A program made the translations under genes and the position numbers. A stretch of DNA of 63,564 bases, counting the filler. It is 7 parts of 7 records of this genome, joined end to end, with 100 filler letters (N's around TTAATTAATTAA, not from the genome) between each part and the next. Parts side by side here need not be neighbours in the genome. Positions count along the whole stretch, not along the records: positions 25,416 to 30,686 come from SRR7504441_388; positions 30,787 to 36,818 come from SRR7504441_389; positions 36,919 to 41,036 come from SRR7504441_390; 4 more parts are not named here. One strand, 5' to 3'. The notes below the pieces were generated by a model. The model saw nothing but the letters and a program-made list of their open reading frames with translations. It did not search any database and was not told the DNA's origin. Below, piece after piece: positions 25,416-37,147 of the stretch; position 1 is the first letter of the stretch, and each line of letters opens with the position of its first letter.

Positions 25416-26927
25416 CGGTATGGCCTGGGCCGGTATGGCCTGGGCTTGCACTTGCGGATTCTGGCGCCGCCCCGAAAACTGGATCAGCAGCGATGAGATC
25501 AACTTGGTGGTCTGATCCACGCGCGAGCCAGCCGGGGCTTCCCGCGCCGCCACTTGTGGCGGTGGAGCAGTCGAGTCAGGCCCAGCGGCGACCCGCCCCC
25601 TGGTGGCTTGGCTGTCCTGGAGCAGCGCCGCATAAATAGCGGCGCTTGCATCACCAAACGGCTTGCTGCGATCAGCCAACAGCTCCTTCGCCGGTGGGTA
25701 GCCGGCGAGCAGGTCGGCCCTAGTCCGAGCCTGCTTGGCCTCCGGAGCTGGGACACTCTGCTTGAGCTTGGCGGCTCCCTGCCTACCCAACTGGCCCTCG
25801 AGAAGTTGCTTGCGTTCCTGCAGCTGCTCACGCTTCAACCTCTCCTCCAGCTCACACTCCAGTGCCGCCGCAAAGCTGAGTCCAGGCGCCCGGGCCCGTG
25901 CCAGCCCAGCTAGCTTGGCCTGCTCTGTCCGAGGCCTCACACTCACAGCCGGCTCTGGCTGGGCTGGAGTCCGGACTCGCACAGGGATTGGCTCAGGCTC
26001 ATCGTCCGTGACATACTCGTACTCGTCCTCCAGATCTGCCATCTTGTCCTGGAGCGCCTGAAGTTGCCCCTCCAGTCGCTCGCGCGCCTGCTCCCCCTCG
26101 CGCAGCTGCCCACACATCTCCTCCAGCTCCCTCCGCACTCGCTTGCTCTCTGGCGAGGCCCCGCCCGCGACCGGCACAGGCGAATCGGACTCGGCCAGTC
26201 CGGCCTCGCGGATAAAAACGCAGACCGCCGCCTGCAGTTCCTCGAGCCCAAGCGCTCCGGTGCGGCCGGTGTCAAACCGCTTAAAGTTCCGGCGGCTGTT
26301 CCGGAGCAGCCAGCCGAGCATCTCAGCGTGCGGACTCTCCTCGAGCAACAGCTCTAGCTGGGCCGCGGTCAGCTGCCGGCTGCCAGTCATCTTCCGCCCA
26401 AGGCTCATGATCCCGCGGGCGACCACCGCCGGGTCGGGCCAGTCGTCGGGAGGGTGCCCGGCCTCCCCGAGCCCGAACATCTCTATGAACTGCGGCCACG
26501 GAATCATGTACTTGGGGTTGATCTCGTACTTGCACTTGAGCTCGGACATCACCGACACCGGCACCACCAGCCCGAAGACGCTCTCTTCCACCAGCCGGCT
26601 GAGCAGTTGCCCGAGCGGCGTCCCCACCACCGGGTCCGCCGGCACAGAGTCGAAGACAGCCCTCAGCCGGCGGATCTCCTGCGCGTCCCGGCCGCGGTGC
26701 ATCCGACTGCCCGCCCCGATCTGCCCCAGCTCGCCTTCCAGCCGGTCCACCACCGCCGGGACCGGCACATATTCAAAATTGGCTGCGGGCAGCGTCTGTG
26801 CCTGCTGGGCCGGGAGTGATCTGGGGTGGCGGACGGGGGAGGGCTGAAGCGCCTCGACCCGGGCCTGCACCAGCCGGGCCTGTGCGAGCAGCCGCCCGAC
26901 CGACTCCGAGCCCGCTGGCTCGAGCAT
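25416..26927 (-). CDS. 5' part of an EF-hand/coiled-coil protein, probably the N-terminus of the gene continuing at 25315
   Basis: ORF from ATG 26927 with EF-like FKRFDTGRTGALGLEEL and a coiled coil; runs into the gap within a PAQAIP repeat. Confidence 0.7.
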
Positions 26928-27178
26928 TTGGCCGTCACACGGGACCCCCCCTCAGCATGCAAGGCATTAAATTCGCCTTCGATGTTTGGGGAGGCCGTTG
27001 CTGGAAGTTGCAGCGACCTCTCCGGCTGACTGCAGAAGACTGGCGGGGCTCGTCGGGATGACAAACTGAGATGGCTTGGGGACCAGCGTGTTGTAAGTTG
27101 GACGGCTGCGCGGCCATGTGTAAGGACGGGGGGCGGCTGGGCCTGTCGTACAGCTCCCACAACCTGTGGCTCTCCCGG

Positions 27179-30100
27179 ATGCGCTGGTGGGAGGCCCGGC
27201 TGCTGCTGCTGGCCAACCTGCTCCTGTCCGGCTTCCTGGGGGCAGCCATCCTGCTCCAGGAGCACTCGGCCACCACGGTCACCCACACCCCCCAGCGCGG
27301 GCACAGCGCCCAGCCCGGGGCCTACCCAGTGAGTCCTATTGGCCAGCGCCACTGCGTGGAGGGGTCGGACCAGCGGTTGTGCGGGGCGGCAGGGGCCAGC
27401 TACACCGCCGGATGGATCAGCTTCGAGGCCGAGCTTAACTGGTACAGCAGCGACTTCCAGCTGGCGCACAACGCCCGGTGCGCGCTCGCCTGCACCAGAC
27501 CCGAGTGCTCCTCGCTGGTCGGCGAGAGTAGCCTGGGGAGCCTGTCAGGCCGCCGGTACGTCCGGAGCCTGGCGGTGCTGGTCAAGGACAGGGCTGGCCA
27601 GCAGGCCTTCACCGTCACCCAGAACATGCAGTACTTTAACGACAAACGCGTCTTCTTTGTTTGGCCGGTCTACGCAGCCAGCTCCTTCTCACTCAACCTC
27701 ACGCTGTTTGATCAAGTTGAGATGAACGACGCGCCTTACATGGACCTCGAGTGCCACTCCCTAGGCGAGAGCAACAACATGATCACGCTGATCTGCGGGT
27801 TTTGCGCGATCGGACTCTCGTTTGCGTTCTTCATATACAAAGTCGGAATACTGTTCATGCTGCGGCTCTGCCTCAGAGCTGGCTCACTCCAACACCACTC
27901 TACTGGGGTGAACAGACTGCAAAACCACGTCTCGATCGTCTTCTTCTTCAGCCTAGCTAATGGAGTGGCTGCCATGTTCGTGCCATTTGTCACCTCGTGG
28001 ACAGCGCACGTGTGCTCGACGCTAGGCTTCAATGGGTCGCTCTGGATTGCTGTGGCCTTAATTCTAAACCTTCCCACCAACTATGTGCTCCCATTCGTAG
28101 AGAAGTGGATACTCCGGCTGTTCAGTATTGTTGTGCCGTTGGTGCTCTTCCTTTTGCAGACCTATGTGCTGTTCACGTATGCGAGGTATGCCTGGGACGA
28201 CCCGACCTATGTAGCTGTGTATGAGCCCGGCTGGCACGATCTAGAGATGGGACGCTGGACTACCTACCTGATATGGGTCTGTGGCTGTAGCCGCCAGCTG
28301 GCCTGACTGCGGGCATCCAGGCACTTGTGGGCATGATTGGTTTTGCGTTGGTCCAGCGGGCATGGAATGAGGACATCGACACCACCTTGCAGGATAATCG
28401 GTCGGAGTACACCTTCCATCGGGATTGGTTCATTACGAGGAAGTTTTATTGGAAGTGAGTCGTGCGGCTACCTGCGATTTGCTGAGCGCCTGCTGCAGGG
28501 TTGCCATAGCCTTTTATTTTCAAGGAGTGCTGATTGGCATCATCAAGTCGATTATGATAGCAGATGATGCGTGGTATCCGGTGCTGATGTGGCTGACATC
28601 AGATAATGTCATGCTTCAAATAGCCCCCTCGCTGCTTCTACAGTTCTTTTGCTGGGTCATGGTCGTGGTGATGACCCCTGTGGTATCAAGCAGCAGCTTT
28701 TCAGCCAAAGCCAAGCAGACGTTCCTAGCTAATAATATCCCTGGGCAAGATCACGAGCTCTTTGCTGTGCGGTCAGTTCCTTGTCTGTTCCTGTGGGTGA
28801 TACCAGTGGCAGGATCAAAGACATACTGTACTCCTCGTTTTCGACTCACTACCCAATTTGCAATGGAGTGAATCTCTTCAGGCTGAAAGATGCGGAGAAC
28901 GATTCAGGCTACAAGGTCTTTAGGCCATCGCTGTAGCATACCCCTAAGGTTGGCAAACAGGCCCAAGTCACTGAGGATCCCAAGCAAGCGGTGCCGGTGT
29001 TCGATCCGATACTGCTGAGAGTCTGTGCACGCATGTGCACACAGATATACAGCGACTTCATCACTGATGAGCAGTACCACGAACTCATGGCAGCTGAAGC
29101 CGGCGACTTGAATCTCCGTAAGCAGTGGCATTCAGAAGGCAAACAGCGACTTCTGGACTCGAGAGATCCTTTCACTAAGATCAACTGGATTAGGGGTGCA
29201 AAGCTCGGCCACTTTGTGTCAGATGCCGAGAGAGATGGTTATCTAGGGTGGCTTGCCCCGATGTGCCTGTGCCTGAGCACTTGCCAACAGGATTATGGAG
29301 CACGAGCAGGTCTCTAGATTCGAACCTGGCTGTACCAAAAAGGTGGCAGCCTGCTGGTTCTGAATGTGTGCTTAGGGCTGCCGCAGGTGTATGCGTGCTT
29401 TCGTGGTACCCAGACCCTATCAAATGCCATTTCCGATCTAGACAGTGTCCAAGTCGAGTATCCACTCCGAGACAGATACCCTAGGGCCGCCCAGAAGCTG
29501 GTTGAGGATGGTGTGGTCAGTCGGAAGCTGCTTGTGCACAAGGGTTTCCTTGAGCTCGAAGATGCGATATTCGATAAGCTCGAGGCAGGTAAGCAAGAGG
29601 AGGAGGAAAGTATGCCAGGCAGAGGCCTGATGGGCTCCTTACTTGCTGAAGATGCCTGCGTTGTCATCTGTGGGCACAGCTTAGGAGGAGCACTAGCTGT
29701 GCTTGCTGCGCTTCGGCTAGTATTAGAGATGCTGGAAGCGGGGGAACAGGCCGAGGAACTCGCGCTTGATCTAGTCACATTCGGTCAACCCAGAGTCGGT
29801 AATACTGAATTCAGCAAACTAGTATGGCATCTGTTGCCTCGATACTGGAGGGTTGTCAATGAGGGAGACCCGGTGAGTACATGCTGCTGATGCCATGCTC
29901 AGCTTATGTTGTTTTGTAGGTGCCAGCTGTGCCTGGACTGCTCGCCTGCGATGTTGCCACTTGTACCCCGCGCTGTTACTTTGCTGGTGCTAGCTACGAG
30001 CACGCTGGGCACACGGTGACTCTGAAGCGAGGTGGACAGATTCTGGGCAGACCATCAGCAATGGAGTTGCAGTCACGCACTGACGTGAGCGCTCACTTTA

Positions 30101-30393
30101 TGAACTTGTACGAGACGAACTTAGAGCAGTATTTGACATCCCGCAGATTGTGGCTTTGGCGCAAGGCCACCTTTGTGGCCAGGCTTGTGGTAAAGCTCAA
30201 CCGTGGATGTAAAAGACTCCGCGAGTCGGCCAGCGAAAATAGAGCAAAGGATCCCACCACTTCAGATCCTAGAGTAGAGCCACACAAACGAACTTTCCAA
30301 TCGAACAAACATCTGCCACCGACCATGGGGTCAATAAAGCCTGACGAGGACGAGGATATAATGACAGTAGTGAACATGCCCATCTTGATTTAG
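27179..30393 (+). CDS. Multi-pass membrane protein fused to a class 3 lipase; start approximate
   Basis: N-terminal hydrophobic segment, several TM helices, then VYACFRGT, VHKGF, ICGHSLGG, VTFGQPRVGN, RVVNEGDP|VPAVP and YEHAG. Confidence 0.85.
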
Positions 30394-30613
30394 TTCATCG
30401 TCAGCAATTAAATTAAATTTCATTAAAACGCTGCGATTATAGATGCAATGAGAGTTATTGTAGAGCTAGCGGGACTACAGAATCGAAACTATCCAATAGA
30501 GGGACTCAATTAATATTCATTTTGTTGGTTAACTAGATGTACGAGAGAATCAAAAGTGAGCTTTTGAGCTGGCTTTGATCCGCTCGACTTTCTTAAAGAG
30601 GGTGCCGCCAGTC

Positions 30614-30649
30614 CACCCGGAGCGCACCCGGAGCGCACCCGGAGCGCAC
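30614..30649. repeat. Minisatellite (CACCCGGAGCG) x3
   Basis: Three perfect tandem 11-nt copies near the contig end. Confidence 0.9.
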
Positions 30650-30686
30650 GGGCTCGGGGCGCTTCTTTCTATTATTATTTAGTAAC

Positions 30687-30786
30687 NNNNNNNNNNNNNN
30701 NNNNNNNNNNNNNNNNNNNNNNNNNNNNNNTTAATTAATTAANNNNNNNNNNNNNNNNNNNNNNNNNNNNNNNNNNNNNNNNNNNN
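30687..30786. other. Artificial assembly spacer
   Basis: N44-TTAATTAATTAA-N44. Confidence 0.98.
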
Positions 30787-30889
30787 AGGCACCGCTTTGG
30801 GGGGCTTTGGGGGGCATCACGCGTGATAAAGGTCGTGATGAAATAAAAAAATCCCACGGGATAAGAAGAGCAACCCCGCTTTTGGCGCG

Positions 30890-31205
30890 ATGAGCCGGCC
30901 GGCCAAGTGGGTGCGGCGGCCGCGGGGGCAGGACCTGCAGACCTGGTGGCAGCAGAACCACACAGTGTCCAGCTACGCCCGCCCGCTCTCGGCCGCCCCG
31001 CGCAAGCAGCCGCCCACCATCGGCACCATCCAGCGCCCAATGACGGCGGCGGCCTCCAGGGGTCCCCGACCCGCCCAACAGAGCTCGGGGCTGCTCGCCC
31101 GGCGGCAGGAGACAGCCAACCGGGTCAAGAGCGCCCCGGCAGCCGGCCGGTCAGGCTCGGGTCTCGGGCAGACCGCGGCAATCAGCGAGGCGAAGAGCAC
31201 GGCAA
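30890..31205 (+). CDS. 5' end of an unknown GC-rich gene, interrupted by the esterase fragment
   Basis: ATG follows an A-rich leader; host-like GC-rich 5' codon usage stops abruptly near 31205. Confidence 0.45.
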
Positions 31206-31999
31206 GTGCCGCTGGTGATTGGAAGTCAAAGCGACGAGTGGACCTTCTTCGAGTGCATCGGCTATAATAATACAGCTCAGGTCATCACTGAGCTGGGGAT
31301 GCTACGCGGTTTCAATGTGGATAATGAAAGCGAAACTGAGAGCAATCAGCTGCATGCAAAGCTGGACCAGTTGCGTCAGAACTATCCTGTTTCAATTCCC
31401 CCAGTTTGTGGTCAAACTGAAAGCAGCGGTCAAGATACAGCAATTTTGACAGGTGTGTGCTCACACATAAATTGTAGTAGAGCATTGCTCCAAAACATAA
31501 ATTGTGCATGTGAGCTCACTTGCAAATATTGCTGGCAGACATGTGGATCCAGTGTCCAACCGACCAAATCAGTCGGAACCACAAGATGCCGACCTATAGG
31601 TATCTTTTCTCTTACAACGAATACCAGCTAGCAAACCAGGGCTCATTCAACCAAGGGCTTCAATCTGAGCAGGCGTATCATACTCTCGAATTGAGCTATG
31701 TCTTCTCTAATTATTCTGGTAAAGGATTCGGTGCAAAATTGGGACCAATCTTTGAGCAAAATGTCACTCAAACCGATCTCACCCTCCAAACCGCTTTTCA
31801 TGATTATTGGGTCTCTTTCGTCATCAACCAAGCCCCGCATTCCGTGTACTCCAAGTGGCCAATGGTCTCAAAGAACCAGATGCTAGAATTCTCAACTACC
31901 GGCCAGCCAACCATTCGCACCATCGACTACCGCGAAGCCGAGTGCAAAGGTATTGTTGGGATGTATGATAGTGCATTTGGAGTGCCATATGGTGCATGA
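31206..31999 (+). pseudogene. C-terminal half of a type-B carboxylesterase (nucleophile-bearing N-half missing), with an 86-nt intron at 31453-31538
   Basis: VPLVIGSQSDEW (catalytic Glu), AILT|DMWIQCPT, YRYLFSY, AYHTLELSYVF (catalytic His), DYWVSFV..P..WP; no GxSxG upstream. Confidence 0.7.
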
Positions 32000-32459
32000 T
32001 TATAAGTCTCACGCTCTGGGTTTGAAACTAATTATATTTTGACCTTACAGCTTTGTAAAACATGCCTATTAAATTAAGCACCCGGCCGATCTCCTACCGA
32101 TCTCCGGCATCACCCTGAACCCCGCTTGATCCGAGTGTCGTCGAATCATAATTGCAATAAAATAATGTACATAGGTACAACTTACATACGCGTACCTTGT
32201 CCGGCATTACGTTTCATTATTATCGGGCTAGATTCCTAAGATTCCTACTAGATTGCAAGATCAACGAAGATTTTCTAGATGTGACCGTTGAGTCGTTGAC
32301 CGCACTATCGCAAGTATGATAGTAGGCTATCGTTATCGCCGATATCAATCTACGTGTTTCGCGTCAGTCAGCAGCTGGCAAAGTAACGATTCGGGTGAGA
32401 TGTTCAGTCGGTCAGAGCTGAGCTGAGCGGTGTCCTTCTAAATCGATTGAGCTTAGTCC

Positions 32460-33416
32460 CTATGCGGCCCAACAGCCCGAAGCTTCGCGGAAGCACAGGG
32501 CCGATTCCAAGAGTTCGTCCATGGCCTGGTGCAGCTGCAGCCTGAAATGGTCGCTCGTCAGAGATCAAGCTGGTTGACTACCTTTCAGACTCACTGCTGG
32601 CCTGCTTGAGCGACTCGACGAAGACAGTTTCTACTTCCTCCATCGAGCAGTTGTCTTCATCCAGCGAAAGCACTAGGCAAGCGGCCTTTATCTGCGCTTC
32701 CATGGTCTCAGCCCTGAGCACAGTCAACCTCTGCGCCGTATTCTGCTGGACCTGTGCGCCTCCGCTGAAGCTTCGTTCCAAGCTGGTAGCTTCTGAAGGC
32801 GCACTGGATTCCCGAGCCCGGTTTCAAAGCCCTTGAAGCCTGAGCACGGGGTGATGTGCGGACTGGACCGAGCCGGATCTGACCATATCGCGCTGACTCC
32901 TCGAAACGAATGGTGTCCTCGCGCGATCGCTTTCCCCCTCGAGAAAAGCGATCGCCGGCATGCGTCAGCAAGAATTCTGGGGGCGGCGGCAGCAACACGG
33001 CGGCGGAGCCCTCATCTGGACGCAGCGCTCGCCGAACCCGACAGACTGAGCTCTGACCTGGGCTGTCGCCTAGCTCGACGCCCATTGAGTGCTCGTGGGC
33101 GCCGAGGAGGCTGTCGGTCAGCTCTCCACCGGCGGCAAAGATGAACTGGCCTGGCAGCCCGGGCCAGGATCGGTGGCAGCAAACGATGTTGGGCCGTACC
33201 CGGCTGCGCTCGGCGGACTCGGCGTTCCTGCTCTGGCGTGATCGGCGCGTAAGGCGGCTCTGCGGCGGCAGGCTGGAGAGAGAGCCTCGGCTGCGGGGGC
33301 TGGTCAGGTGCTGCGGAGTTCAGATGGGCGAGCACTCGCAGTCCGTTCTGGTTTATGCGTCGGAAATGCGACCGCCGATGATCCGGCCGCGAGCTCTTGG
33401 CGCCAACAAAGTGCAT
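32460..33416 (-). CDS. Hypothetical multi-exon protein with a possible degenerate J-like C-terminus
   Basis: Short GT-AG introns join the ORFs; C-terminus AACLVLSLDEDNCSMEEVETVF..LHQAMDELL resembles a J-domain lacking HPD. Confidence 0.45.
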
Positions 33417-33707
33417 CCCTCGGCGCGTGGTGCGCGTATCGTGAGAGCCGTTATTAGTCGGAGAAAGAGCCTTTGTGTTCGGCGCATGGTTCGGTGCTGC
33501 GGGCCCAACCGGCCGGGGGCCGCTGCACATGCGGTAATATCAAGTACCGCGGTCGAACTTGATTGTTGTGAAGTAGAACTAGATACTGATTTGTGTTTAT
33601 TCGAGACAAAGGACGAGCAGCGCGCTCCTCGGCCTCCTCCTCGCGAATGCCTATTGCAGCTATGGCTAACTGCTTGATTAGACTAACTAACTATGAACGT
33701 ATCGGCG

Positions 33708-35690
33708 TCACCTCTTGCGCTTGTTGCACGACCGGGTCTGGTCGAACTCGGCCATGGCCATGTGGGCGTTGGCGAGTGCCGGCCGGGGCTCCCAAGTGGC
33801 CTCCTCCTCGGGGAAGCCTTTCCACTTGACTAGGTACTGCTCAGTCAGCCCGATCATCCGGTAGTCGAGCAGCCGCTCCACCTCGTACTCTAGCTCGATC
33901 CGTCCGTTGAGCAGCGCGTTGGGCTGGACAGTCACGCCGCCCCCGCCATGCTCGAGCTCGCGCAGGTCCGGCGCCCCACGGGCCGGCGAGATCTCGGGCC
34001 ACTGGTGCACGCTCCGCCTGAGCAGCAGCTCGAGATTCGGGCGCAGCCGGGACGGTCGGAGCTGGATGGCCATCATGTAGGATGGTGGCGCGTCCGCTGA
34101 GAGCGTGAGCGATCTGTCGTCAGCAAAGTGCCAGTGCCGGTAGCCCAAAAGCTGCTGCTTGCCGCCGGCTTTGTACCGGGCGACCGCCCCGACCCGCTTG
34201 AACCCGTGTCGCTCGTAGAACTTAATCGAACTCGGAGTGGCCTGGAGCACACACAGGTCGTAGTCGGTAGACAGCTCCTCTATCGCCAGCTGGAGCAGCG
34301 CGCTGCCGCACCCGAGCCCGCCGAGCAGCCCTACCTCGGCTACCCGCTCCCAGACCAGCCCTGACTCGTGGTCGCCGCTGCTCTGCTGCTCGGCCAGCAG
34401 TCTAGCTAGATCATGCGTCTCATCCAGCTCACGCACCCCGACCTCGTCCAGCCTGCCAGCAGCTCACCCCAAACCCTGCCAGCAGCACACCTCTCCTCGA
34501 GCGCCCTGTCGCGCACGGTGCACAGCGCCCCGGCGTGGACCGGCCCGCGCCGTGTGAGCTGCGGGTTGAGCGCCAGCAGGTCGTTGAGTTCGACTCGCAG
34601 ACTGCTCGCGAGCTCGGCCACCGAGCACGGCCGGAGCAGCTGCACCTGCCCCCGGGTGATGGCGGCCCGGCCGGCGGGCGCCTGGTCGGTCTCGAGCTGT
34701 GCCGGCGAGCGGAGCTGGACCAGCGTACCCTCCTGCAGCCGACAGCCCGGCCGGAACTCAGGCCCGTATGCCGCCTGCCGCTGGCTCAGCTGCACAGCAG
34801 AGCATGGCACCTGGTTGAGCCCGACCACGTGCTCTATCGGCACCCCGTGCAGCTCGCTGATCTGGCGCAGCCTCAGCCGGGCCCGTGCGGGGCAGCACCT
34901 GGAGCGGCGTCTCGTCCTCACACGCCCGATGAGTCTTCGCCGGCCTGTGGTGCCGCCACGGGGCACCGGCCGGCACCGCCTCGCCCCGGGAGACTGCGGC
35001 GTTGGCCATCCTGGCTGCGGGTATCCCGGAGGCTTTGTGCGTGTTGGACCAGCGGAAGCCGAGCACCCAGGCCGTGAAAGTTGTGACCTGCCTGCCCTTG
35101 AGCAGCCGGCCGGCGGACTGTATCACCGTCACGAACCCCTGCAGCTGCCCGGAGTGCTGCGCCCGCACCTGCCCCCGCCTGACCGGGCGCCCCCGCTGGG
35201 CCGCGCCTGATAGCCCCAGAGCGGATCGTCTATGTCCACTCGGTCCGCAAGGTAGGCCAGGGCCAGCGGGGCCGGCACCTGCCACGCCCAGTCAGCCTCC
35301 CGCCCGCCGGGGGGGCTGCCGTCTCCAGCCGCAGCCGGGCCGCATGCCGCCGGCCGGCCTCCTCGCACAAGGCGGTCATCTCGCCCAGACAGCGGACCCA
35401 ATCTGCCCGGTGCGCCGGCCGGACGATCACGCTCCCCTGCCCCCAGCTGTGACGGAGACCGACTGCAGCGGCACCTCGAGCCCCAGCCGGCATCGGGGCA
35501 CCTGGGCCATCCGGTACCGGGCCTGGCCGCTGGCTGGGCTCTTGGCGGCGGTGCGTGTGTACGCCGACTGCTTTCCGATCACCTTTAGCACCAGCGTGTT
35601 GCCCTCGCGCCGTTTCACCTCGAACTTGGCGTCCCGCGGGATCCGGACCGCCCGCGGCGACCGCCCGGGCGACCGAGGCGGCAGATCCAT
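33708..35690 (-). CDS. GNAT acetyltransferase with inserted LysM-like repeats and a C-terminal chromodomain
   Basis: GLLGGLGCGSALL and VLQATPSSIKFYERHGF (GNAT); ETPLQISELHGVPIEHVVGLN and SVAELASSLRVELNDLLALNPQL (LysM-like); YEVERLLD..YLVKWKGFPEEEATWEP (chromo); terminal KRKR. Confidence 0.8.
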
Positions 35691-35807
35691 CCCTCTTTCC
35701 CGCCCTGAACCCGGCTGGGAGGCTTCAAACAGCTCTGCCCATTCAAGCCGCGAAACCGTTGGAGCCAAACGGAAACGGCCAGCCACCCGACAGGCAGCAG
35801 CTCGGAG

Positions 35808-36818
35808 ATGCAGCGGCAGGCGGGGGAGGCGGGGCCGGCGGAGGCGCAGCTGGAGGCGCTGTGCAGGGTTTGCGGCGGGCTGACCGGGCGGCAGGGCTAC
35901 CTCGGGGCCACGCGCGACGTGAACAGCTTCGTGAAGCTCGATAGGATCGGGGAGGGCACCTACGGCACTGTCTGTACGCCGGCCCAGCCAGCCAAGGCTC
36001 AGCCCGGGCGGCAGTCAAGGCCCGGGACAAGGCCACCGGCCAGATCGTGGCGCTCAAAAAGGTCAAAATGGACAGGGAGCGCGATGGGTTTCCGATGACT
36101 GCCCTGCGCGAGCTCAAGGTGAACCGCCGGCGGGCGGCAGGGAGCGGGGGCAGCTGCTGCGGCGGGTGTCGCACCCGAGCATCGTGCGGCTGCTGGAGGT
36201 GGCAGTGGGCCAGAAGCTGCACAGCATGTTCTTCATCTTCGAGTACTGCGAGCACGACCTGGCGCTGCTGGTGGACAACCGGGAGCGGCCGTTCTCCGAG
36301 TCCGAGGCGCCTGCCCGATTAGGAAGGTGTGACGGGCCACAGGTCAAGTGCATCATGGTCCAGCTGCTCCAGGCGGTGAGCTACCTGCACCGGAACTGGA
36401 TAGTGCACCGGTCCCGCCCCGGATAGTGCTCGCCTGACCTCAAGATCCGCCAGGGACCTCAAGCTCTCCAACCTGCTGTTCAACAACAACGGCCAACTCA
36501 AGCTGTGCGACTTTGGACTGGCGCGCGAGTACTCGGAGCCGGCCGGTCAGTACACTAGCCGGGTGATTACGCTATGGTGCCTGCCGCCGATCGCAGCTGC
36601 CAGCTCTGGGCAGGTACCGGCCGCCCGAGCTGCTGCTGGGGGCCAGCCAGTATGGCGTGGCGGTAGACAATTGGTGCTGGCCGGCTGCTGTGCGCGGGAG
36701 CCCGGGCAGGGGGGTCGGGTGCATCCTGGGGGAGTTGATCCAAAACCAGCCGCTCCTCCCGGGCAAGACCGAGCAGCAGCAGCTAGAACTCATCTGCAGG
36801 GTCCCCCCCCCCCCCCTC
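35808..36818 (+). CDS. CDK10: Cyclin-dependent kinase, CDK10/CDK11 family (3' end lost in gap; at least 6 introns)
   Basis: [60 protein letters not shown]. Confidence 0.9.
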
Positions 36819-36918
36819 NNNNNNNNNNNNNNNNNNNNNNNNNNNNNNNNNNNNNNNNNNNNTTAATTAATTAANNNNNNNNNNNNNNNNNNNNNNNNNN
36901 NNNNNNNNNNNNNNNNNN
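36819..36918. other. Artificial assembly spacer
   Basis: N44-TTAATTAATTAA-N44. Confidence 0.98.
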
Positions 36919-37147
36919 AACTTGCCCTCAGGAATGCCCCAGTCATTGGGTTTTTTAAGTCATAGGATAGTTTAAGTTGCGGTTAAGTTGCGGTACTCAA
37001 AAACGTCAAAATAATTAATTGATTACATGTGTACATGTAATGATTGTACAGTAATCATCGTACAAACCACAGACTGAAATTAATCATGATAATATTGTGC
37101 AACACAAAGATTATTGCAACAATTAACCTACAACTTTAATTCGAGCT

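Noticed and set aside
30614-30649. CRISPR-like array
   Set aside because: Contiguous 11-nt tandem repeat without spacers, in eukaryotic DNA.
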